Origin: Acaryochloris thomasi RCC1774
GTDB taxonomy: Bacteria > Cyanobacteriota > Cyanobacteriia > Thermosynechococcales > Thermosynechococcaceae
Direction: 5' to 3'
DNA length: 32,000 nt
Assembly: GCF_003231495.1 (NCBI RefSeq)
Contig: NZ_PQWO01000010.1
Span: forward strand, 60,001 to 92,000
The notes beneath the pieces were generated by a model that saw nothing but the letters and a program-made list of their open reading frames with translations, made no database searches and was not told the origin of the DNA. The position numbers and the translations under genes were made by a program. The stretch's first letter is position 1. Every line of letters starts with the position of its first letter. Positions 25,278 to 32,000 of this stretch are shown here, in pieces.

Positions 25278-26714
25278 ATGATTGCGACCGCACCTAATCC
25301 TCAGCAAACGCAGCCTTCTTGGTTTCGGGCATTCGCTCAGCCCGCTCAAGAGTTTGCGCCTACGGCCCTCTCGGTTCTCTCCGGTGCTGTTCCCTCTGGT
25401 CTCAGAGGGTCTCTTTATCGCAATGGTCCTGCACGCTTGGAGCGGGGCAGTCGCCGGGTTGGCCACTGGTTTGACGGTGACGGTGCAGTTCTCGGCGTTC
25501 ATTTCACCGAGCCAGAGACCACTGGCGTTTATCGCTATGTGCAAACGTCTGGCTATCAGGCTGAAGCAGAAGCTGGAACTCTCCTGCACAGTAACTATGG
25601 CATGGTCTCCCCCGGCCCTCTGTGGAATCGGCTAAAATACGGCCCCAAGAATGCCGCCAACACCTCAGTCTTGGCCCTTTCTGATCGACTACTGGCTCTG
25701 TGGGAGGGTGGGCAACCCCATGCTCTCGATCTAACGACGCTGGAGACTCGAGGGCTGGAAAATCTAGAGGGCCTAGAGCCGCAGCAAGCCTACTCTGCCC
25801 ATCCCAAGCGCGACCCACAAACCGGTGATATCTATAATTTCGGCGTCAGCTACGGCAGGCAGGGCAAGCTGCTTTTGTATCGTTGCGATCGCACAGGTAA
25901 AATTCAGCAGCAGAATGCTGTACCGCTCGATCGCCTGCCCATGATCCATGACTTCGTAATGGCCGGGCCTTACCTCGTCTTTTTCATCTCGCCCCTTTCA
26001 TTAAACCCACTGCCACTTATAGCCCACCTTAAAAGCTACAGCGACTGTCTGCGATGGCAGCCTGAACTCGGCACTCAAATTCTGGTCATTGATCGTCAGA
26101 CGCTAGAGGTGGTTAGTCGTAGCGAAGCAGAACCTTGGTACCAATGGCACTTTGGCAATGGCTACCTCAACAAGCAAGGCTTGATCGTTGTGGATGTGGC
26201 TCGCTATCCCAACTTCCAGACCAATCAATTTTTGCAGGAAGTGGCGACGGGACAAACACAGACGGCTGCCCCCTCGGAGCTGTGGCGAATTTACGTCAAT
26301 CCTAAGACAGGCAAACTTGAGGAAACCTATCCGGTGCTGGAGCGCGACTGTGAGTTCCCGATGGTCAGTCCTCAAGACGTAGGCCAGGCCGCTCGCTACA
26401 CCTATCTATCGCTGCGACAGCAGAATGCGCCACGGACCGACTTATTCAACACAGTCGGACGCTTTGATCACCAAACCAGCAACCTCATAGAAGCTGATTT
26501 AGGGGCTCACCGCTACGCGACAGAACCCATTTACGCCCCCGATCAACAGAATCCAAAACAGGGCTGGATTTTGACAGTGGTCTTTGATAGCGATCTCAAC
26601 AAAAGTGAAGTCTGGATTTTCGATAGCGCTCACCTGAACTCCGATCCAGTTTGTCGATTGGGATTGCCATCCGTTGTTCCCATGGGATTCCACGGCACTT
26701 GGCGAGCAGATTAG
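25278..26714 (+). CDS. carotenoid cleavage oxygenase family protein (apocarotenoid-15,15'-oxygenase-like)
   Basis: LYRNGPARL, WFDGDGA and LLALWEGGQPH motifs. All four iron-ligand His contexts are present (SAHPK, IHDF, WHFGN, GFHGTW). ATG 25278 is preferred over TTG 25254. Confidence 0.9.
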   Translation: MIATAPNPQQTQPSWFRAFAQPAQEFAPTALSVLSGAVPSGLRGSLYRNGPARLERGSRRVGHWFDGDGAVLGVHFTEPETTGVYRYVQTSGYQAEAEAGTLLHSNYGMVSPGPLWNRLKYGPKNAANTSVLALSDRLLALWEGGQPHALDLTTLETRGLENLEGLEPQQAYSAHPKRDPQTGDIYNFGVSYGRQGKLLLYRCDRTGKIQQQNAVPLDRLPMIHDFVMAGPYLVFFISPLSLNPLPLIAHLKSYSDCLRWQPELGTQILVIDRQTLEVVSRSEAEPWYQWHFGNGYLNKQGLIVVDVARYPNFQTNQFLQEVATGQTQTAAPSELWRIYVNPKTGKLEETYPVLERDCEFPMVSPQDVGQAARYTYLSLRQQNAPRTDLFNTVGRFDHQTSNLIEADLGAHRYATEPIYAPDQQNPKQGWILTVVFDSDLNKSEVWIFDSAHLNSDPVCRLGLPSVVPMGFHGTWRAD

Positions 26715-26900
26715 ATTTTCAACAGTCCCGCAAAGACACCGGTACTCGATAGTGCTAGCTGATCGAAACTGATATCTCGGAGATCCCACCTACTTTGGGC
26801 TGCAGCTTCTCCGCTCTTAACTACAACCTAAAGTGGTTACAGAGATGTTAAAGGCTGAGTTAAAGCGTATGCTGAGAAAAAGATACGCCGCTCAACCCCA

Positions 26901-27383
26901 ATGGGTATCGAGTATTCTGCCCACTTTCCCAGTCCCTTTATTGCGTCTCACCTAGACCAGCTCTTGCCAGATTGGCTGGTGCCGGTTCTGTCGGTCTTAG
27001 TGGTGATGCAACATAGTCAGGTGGCTCTACTAGAGCGCAATCCTGAAACGGAGGGGCAAAAGCAAAAACTACGCCGTCAGTTTATTCACTTTGGGCAACA
27101 AATATCTGACGGCCTGCTGCCGATGGGATACTGTACTGAACTGTTTGATCCCAGAACGGGGCAGCCTCTCCTTTCCCAACCGGGAAAGATGACCCTTGAT
27201 GATGTTGCGGTGGTGCAGGCAACACTCGGTTACCCGCTTGTAGAGACAGGAGGTTGCTGGCTAATCGAACATCCTGAGTGGGGAACGGCAGTCTTTCCGG
27301 CGGTGCTGATGTCTTCGGCTGAACCGGAGGTTGTGGTTGCGATCGCAAATCAAATCGCCTCCACCCCCTGCCCCAACATCTGA
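26901..27383 (+). CDS. conserved hypothetical protein, possibly MMADHC-like
   Basis: 160-aa ORF with ATG start. The family assignment is from memory of similar cyanobacterial annotations (LFDPRTGQPL region) and is unverified. There is a 34-nt convergent overlap with the ABC gene. Confidence 0.55.
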   Translation: MGIEYSAHFPSPFIASHLDQLLPDWLVPVLSVLVVMQHSQVALLERNPETEGQKQKLRRQFIHFGQQISDGLLPMGYCTELFDPRTGQPLLSQPGKMTLDDVAVVQATLGYPLVETGGCWLIEHPEWGTAVFPAVLMSSAEPEVVVAIANQIASTPCPNI

Positions 27384-29185
27384 AGTTGATAGAGACTGGC
27401 ATATAGTCCCCCCGATCTCATCAGCTCATCGTGGGTCCCAAACTCCGCTAGCTGACCGTGATTGAGCACCAAAATTCGATCCACGTTCCGAATTGTCGAG
27501 AGCCGGTGAGCAATAATGATTGCCGTACGGTCTACCAGCAACCGATCCAGCGCCTCCTGGATCATCGCTTCAGTGCCCACGTCCAGGTTCGCAGTCGCCT
27601 CATCCAAAACCAAAATTCGAGGATTGCGAATCGCGGCCCTAGCAAAGGCTAAAAGCTGCTTTTGCCCACCCGATAAGTTCGTTCCCCGCTCCCGTAGCGC
27701 CGTATCGTAGCCCTCTGGAAGCTGCTCAATAAACGAGGCCACATTCATCTGGACCGCCGCTTCTTGAATCTGCTCAAAGGAATAGTCTTCACCCAGGGCG
27801 ATATTGCCCTTCACATCCCCTGCAAACAGAAATCCATCCTGCAAAATCACTCCCACATGCTGACGCAGCTCAGCCTGCGACAGATCGCGGACATCAACGC
27901 CATCCACCAAGACCTGACCTTTCGTAGCTTCATAAAGGCGGGAAAGCAAACGAATCAGAGAACTTTTTCCGGCCCCCGTCGGACCCACAATTGCAATCTT
28001 TTCACCGGGTTTAATCGTGAAATCTAGCGCCTTAAGTACATAGTCGTCTGATTTGTAAGCTAGCCAGACATCGGAGAACTTGACTTCTCCCAGCGCCGTC
28101 TTGCCATCTGCCAATGGCAGCATTTTTGGATACTGAGGATCGCCGATTTCTATGGGCTCCTGCATTAGATCGGTAATCCGCTCAATGGCAGTAAAGCCTC
28201 CCTGTAGCGTTGTGAACTTCTCTGCCAACTGCTGCAGTGGATTGAACAAACGTTGAGCAAAGAGGATAAATTCTGTCAGCGTACCGATGTCTAAACTTTC
28301 GCCTAACACCGCCTGACCACCGATGAGCAGGACGCCTGCAATTCCGACTAAGGAAGTCCACTCTAGGGTGGCCGAGACTGCAGAATCAAAAAAGATGGTT
28401 CGATCTACCGCTGTAATGTAGCGCTCATTAATCTGCCGAAAGAGTCGGGCATTATACTGCTCCCGGCGAAAGAGCTGCACGACCCCAATACCGGTGATAT
28501 TTTCCTGCAGATTCGCGTTGAGATTGGAGAGCTGTTCACGCGATTTGTAGTTGGCGGCACGATACTGATTCTGAAAGTAAATAATCACGCCCGCAATCGG
28601 GACCAACAGCAAAACCAAGACCAGAGCTAACTTCCACTGCCGCAGAAACATCACAATCACCAGCACGAGGATAGTGATCATATCGGTAATGATCCCAACA
28701 GCCCCCGTGGAGAAAACATCGCCAAGCGCTTCCACATCATTGGTAATACGAGTGATCAGCTTACCGACGGGTGTGCGCTCAAAGAAGCTAGATGCCAAAG
28801 ACTGGACGTGGGCAAATAGGTCGTTACGAATATCGTTGGTCATCTGCTGACCCACCTTTTGCACCATGAAGCCCTGAATACCCTGCAGGCTAAACTGAAC
28901 CGTCACGGTTAGCAGCAGCGTCAAACTGAGTAGGTCGAGTCCTTCGGTGAGGTTGCGATCGCGCAGCCACGCAAAGGTACTGGGTTCATCACGAATGAAC
29001 GAAATCGCTTGACCAATCAAAATAGGCTGTACGGCCCCAGCTACAGAGAGCGGTACCAGCAGCAGCGCCACCCACAGCAATTTCCGACGATGCCGCTTGG
29101 CATAGGGAATCAGGTATCCGAGCAGACGCCAGTCATTCCCAGGCGAGCGCGATTTTGATGGCGTTAGATCAGCAGCAGCAGTCAT
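27350..29185 (-). CDS. ABC exporter, fused permease/ATPase (MsbA/MdlB type)
   Basis: 611 aa with a 6-TM N-terminal half. Walker A GPTGAGKSS, signature LSGGQKQ, Walker B ILVLDEATANLD. Confidence 0.92.
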   Translation of the reverse strand: MTAAADLTPSKSRSPGNDWRLLGYLIPYAKRHRRKLLWVALLLVPLSVAGAVQPILIGQAISFIRDEPSTFAWLRDRNLTEGLDLLSLTLLLTVTVQFSLQGIQGFMVQKVGQQMTNDIRNDLFAHVQSLASSFFERTPVGKLITRITNDVEALGDVFSTGAVGIITDMITILVLVIVMFLRQWKLALVLVLLLVPIAGVIIYFQNQYRAANYKSREQLSNLNANLQENITGIGVVQLFRREQYNARLFRQINERYITAVDRTIFFDSAVSATLEWTSLVGIAGVLLIGGQAVLGESLDIGTLTEFILFAQRLFNPLQQLAEKFTTLQGGFTAIERITDLMQEPIEIGDPQYPKMLPLADGKTALGEVKFSDVWLAYKSDDYVLKALDFTIKPGEKIAIVGPTGAGKSSLIRLLSRLYEATKGQVLVDGVDVRDLSQAELRQHVGVILQDGFLFAGDVKGNIALGEDYSFEQIQEAAVQMNVASFIEQLPEGYDTALRERGTNLSGGQKQLLAFARAAIRNPRILVLDEATANLDVGTEAMIQEALDRLLVDRTAIIIAHRLSTIRNVDRILVLNHGQLAEFGTHDELMRSGGLYASLYQLQMLGQGVEAI

Positions 29186-29279
29186 TTAAATAGATTAGCG
29201 ATTCAGAATTTAGGCATGGGCTACAGCTTTATGGTCGCACAGCACCATAATCCTTGCTAAATCCTTGGGATTGAGACTT

Positions 29280-30566
29280 CTAAGACATTCCCAATCGTCG
29301 TTTTGGTCGATGGCTAGCAACCGATTCGGCCAGACCAATCGCAATAAAGTTAGTCAGCAAAGCCGAGCGTCCATAGCTCATCCACGGCAGCGGCAAGCCG
29401 GTCACGGGGGCAAGGCCAATATTCATGCCGATGTTAATCACAACCTGAAAAATCACCATCGAGAAGATGCCCATTACAATCAGCGATCCAAAGTCATCGG
29501 TTGTGAGCAGGGCAATCCGCACCAAGCGAAAGCAGATCAGCCAGAATGCCAGCAGAATCAAGGCACTACCGATAAATCCCAGCTCCTCGGCGGCTGCGGA
29601 AAAGATAAAGTCCGTGTGCTGCTCAGGGATAAAATCTAGCTTCGTTTGCGTTCCCTGATTGAGACCCGTTCCCCAAAGTCCCCCGGCTCCAATAGCAATG
29701 CGAGACTGAATCAGGTGATAGCCTCCGCCTAGAGGATCTTGGTCAGGGTTGAGGAACAGAACCAGGCGAGCCTTTTGGTAGTCCTGCAACAATCCCCATA
29801 GGACCGATCCGAGACCGGCAGCGGCGAGATTGAGCAGTAGTCCGCCGAGTGCCCCCAATAAATGCCTCGGAAATCCAAACCAGCCAATCAGGATAACCAC
29901 CACTAACCATCCGGCCCCGAACCCCCAATGAAATTGAGCCTGTAGCGCCATGTTCAAAACAATGGCAGAGACGATCGGCGAAATCATCAGGATAATCCAG
30001 CCCAGCTTAGCGTTAGCCCAATAGAGCATTCCCAAGGCAATGGCTCCAAACACCAGTGATGTTCCTAAATCTGGCTGGACGAACACCAAGCCCCAAGGAA
30101 GCAAGAGGACAGCGAAGGTACGTGCGATCGCAAATAAACTCGTTGCCGGTCGCTGACTTAAAAGCGCCGACAGCGTAATAATCACACCCACCTTGGCAAA
30201 CTCAGAGGGCTGCACATTAAAGCCCGCAATCGGAATCCAACGCTGGGCACCTAAAGCACTTGTCCCAATAAAAATGACCGCCAGCAATGCTGCATTCGTC
30301 GCCAGATAGGTTAACCAGTGCAGCGTCAGCAGATTGCGATAGTTCAGACGACTAATCAGCAGCGCCAACGCCAACCCGACAAAACCGATCGTCAGATGCT
30401 GCACCCAGAAGCCAGACCATTCCGGCTCCTGCTGCGTACTGCGGATCATAACGGCCCCCAGGGCCATAATGCCCATCGGCAAAATGAGCAGGAGCTGATC
30501 AATATCTTTCCAGGGGCTTAATGCCCTCAATAACCAGTTGGTATTGGAGCGCGTGCGCAGGGGCAT
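29280..30566 (-). CDS. rodA: SEDS family peptidoglycan glycosyltransferase (FtsW/RodA/SpoVE), most likely RodA
   Basis: Polytopic membrane ORF with FIPEQHTDFIFS and GLPLPWMSYGRSALL motifs. ATG 30566 (MPLRTRS..) is preferred over the track start at 30608. The choice of RodA over FtsW rests only on the N-terminal pattern and length. Confidence 0.85.
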   Translation of the reverse strand: MPLRTRSNTNWLLRALSPWKDIDQLLLILPMGIMALGAVMIRSTQQEPEWSGFWVQHLTIGFVGLALALLISRLNYRNLLTLHWLTYLATNAALLAVIFIGTSALGAQRWIPIAGFNVQPSEFAKVGVIITLSALLSQRPATSLFAIARTFAVLLLPWGLVFVQPDLGTSLVFGAIALGMLYWANAKLGWIILMISPIVSAIVLNMALQAQFHWGFGAGWLVVVILIGWFGFPRHLLGALGGLLLNLAAAGLGSVLWGLLQDYQKARLVLFLNPDQDPLGGGYHLIQSRIAIGAGGLWGTGLNQGTQTKLDFIPEQHTDFIFSAAAEELGFIGSALILLAFWLICFRLVRIALLTTDDFGSLIVMGIFSMVIFQVVINIGMNIGLAPVTGLPLPWMSYGRSALLTNFIAIGLAESVASHRPKRRLGMS

Positions 30567-30620
30567 GTTGTTCGTCGATCTTTGCAGTAAACACTGTCTA
30601 CGATACAAGACCTAACAGCT

Positions 30621-31703
30621 TTAGGTGAGCGCGGCCACAGAAACCCGTGCAGCAACGCCCTGCGCAATCTCTTTTAAGGCTTTAGCTGAGGCCGAATCAG
30701 GCTCCGAGATAACAATCGGCTTTCCAGAATCTCCCCCCTGACGGACCGGAATTTCTAAAGGCACCGCCCCAATCAAGTCAACGCCCAGTTCTGCAGCCAT
30801 TTTGGACCCGCCGCCCGAGCCAAAAATATCGTACTGACGGTCCGGCAAATCAGGCGGAATAAAGTAGCTCATGTTTTCCACAAGACCCAAAACCGGAACA
30901 TTGAGCTGCTCAAACATCTTCAGCCCCTTGAGCGCATCCTGTAGCGCCACATTTTGGGGCGTCGTCACAATCACAGCTCCTGCCATCGGTACCGCCTGCG
31001 CCAAGGTCAACTGGGCATCCCCCGTTCCAGGGGGCATATCGACAAGCAAATAGTCGAGGTCGCCCCAATCCACTTCATAGAGGAACTTGCGAATAATGCC
31101 GTTCAGCATCGGTCCCCGCCAAACCACTGGCTGATCTTTATCGATTAAGAAGCCCATCGAGACCATCTTGATCCCATTGCTTGTGGGTGGCTCTAAGACT
31201 TCGCGCCCCTCTTCTTTTCGCACTTCAACGACCGCATCCTCTAGCCCCAGCATTGTCGGCACGTTGGGGCCATAGATGTCGGCATCAATCACGCCAACAG
31301 CGGCACCAGACTGGGCTAAAGCGGCAGCAATATTAACGGCGACGGTGCTTTTACCGACGCCGCCCTTGCCGCTAGAAACAGCAATGATGTTCTTGACGCC
31401 ATCAATACCGGTACGGTCGGGGAGACTTTTCTGCTGAGGCGTTTCCGCCGTAACCTCGACCTCCACGGCTTCAATACCAGGCAGAGTACGAACAGCCGTC
31501 TTGCAGTCTTCAACAATAAATTCGCGCAGGGGGCAGGCAGGCGTTGTCAGCACCAGAGTAAAGCGAACCTGACCGCCCTTAACCTCTACATTGCGGATCA
31601 TATTCAACTCCACCAGGCTCTTTTGCAGCTCTGGATCTTGCACAGGACGCAACACATCTAAGACAGCCGTCGGATCTAGGGTTTGGGGCATCATATTGCT
31701 CAC
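30621..31703 (-). CDS. Mrp/NBP35/ApbC family Fe-S cluster carrier ATPase with N-terminal DUF59
   Basis: 360 aa. The DUF59-like N-terminus has LTTPACPL. The deviant Walker A is SGKGGVGKST. Start is GTG 31703 or ATG 31694. Confidence 0.92.
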   Translation of the reverse strand: MSNMMPQTLDPTAVLDVLRPVQDPELQKSLVELNMIRNVEVKGGQVRFTLVLTTPACPLREFIVEDCKTAVRTLPGIEAVEVEVTAETPQQKSLPDRTGIDGVKNIIAVSSGKGGVGKSTVAVNIAAALAQSGAAVGVIDADIYGPNVPTMLGLEDAVVEVRKEEGREVLEPPTSNGIKMVSMGFLIDKDQPVVWRGPMLNGIIRKFLYEVDWGDLDYLLVDMPPGTGDAQLTLAQAVPMAGAVIVTTPQNVALQDALKGLKMFEQLNVPVLGLVENMSYFIPPDLPDRQYDIFGSGGGSKMAAELGVDLIGAVPLEIPVRQGGDSGKPIVISEPDSASAKALKEIAQGVAARVSVAALT

Positions 31704-31730
31704 AACAGTCAGGAAAATACAAAAAACATA

Positions 31731-31815
31731 GCAGTACCCGGCTGAGTTAGGGCAGCCCCTCCTTAGTACAGATGGGTTTCAGCCATTTTTATGTCCTAAT
31801 CAATACGCGTACCGC
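31731..31815 (-). repeat. 85-bp MITE-like element, copy B (inverted relative to copy A at 14496..14580)
   Basis: The reverse complement matches 14496..14580 at 75/85 positions without gaps and has the same terminal inverted repeats. Its end lies 28 nt upstream of the Mrp-family GTG start. Confidence 0.75.
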
Positions 31816-32000
31816 GATAAAGCGGGATTGGGACGATCTGCTACCCACTGGCAGCAAGGTCTCTGCACCGGGAAAGACTTCTCGGCAGCAGCATGGGCAT
31901 ATCTACTTATTTCATCTTAAGCCACCATCACCGCACTAATGGAAGAGGGCCAGAAGACCCCTTCTACCAGATTTTCCGTATCGCGGCATCCCACGAATAA

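Noticed and set aside
31917-32000. A possible 3' end of a minus-strand gene entering from the right edge (..LFVGCRDTENLVEGVFWPSSISAVMVA*), or a 36-codon + strand ORF ending exactly at 32000.
   Set aside because: Both are too short and unrecognisable. The frames are equally plausible by chance.
1-32000. A scan for CRISPR arrays, tRNA or rRNA genes, IS transposases, integrases, phage genes and recognisable defence systems other than vapBC.
   Set aside because: I saw no regularly spaced direct repeats, no tRNA T-loop contexts, no rRNA-like sequence and no ORF with transposase, integrase or phage motifs.

Overview
Chromosomal window from a cyanobacterium. I counted 20 copies of the HIP1 octamer GCGATCGC by eye, and the gene content fits: urease, PilT, a KaiB fold, a pentapeptide-repeat protein and an apocarotenoid oxygenase. 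There are about 30 protein-coding genes, densely packed. I found no rRNA, tRNA, CRISPR array, transposase, integrase or prophage genes. Gene order, left to right: an SLC45-like MFS transporter followed 11 nt later by a 1073-aa 12-TM/HEAT/cNMP-binding protein; a GGDEF diguanylate cyclase with a PilJ/NarX-type sensor; a vapBC toxin-antitoxin pair; a minus-strand urease operon ureD-ureA-(metzincin)-ureB-ureC; a YdjM-like hydrolase; a hypothetical gene; wecB; a small membrane protein; an 876-bp AT-rich gap; a PilT2-like ATPase followed in the same frame by a long KaiB-domain protein; a pentapeptide-repeat protein; a stand-alone MshEN-like domain; yebC; argJ; a J-domain/TPR membrane protein followed by an S2P(M50)/TPR protease; a divergent PadR-carotenoid oxygenase pair; an MMADHC-like protein; an ABC exporter; a SEDS protein; and an Mrp/ApbC protein. 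Most of this is housekeeping. The leads I rate highest are: (1) the PilT / KaiB-domain / pentapeptide / MshEN-like cluster, where pilT and the KaiB-domain ORF are separated by a single in-frame TAG and the KaiB ORF has no ATG start; (2) an 85-bp MITE-like element present twice in inverted orientation, each copy just upstream of a minus-strand gene start; (3) a membrane-anchored metzincin gene inside the urease operon, overlapping ureA by 17 nt; and (4) the transporter plus cNMP-binding transporter-like pair. All functional calls rest on motif recognition by eye. No database search was possible.
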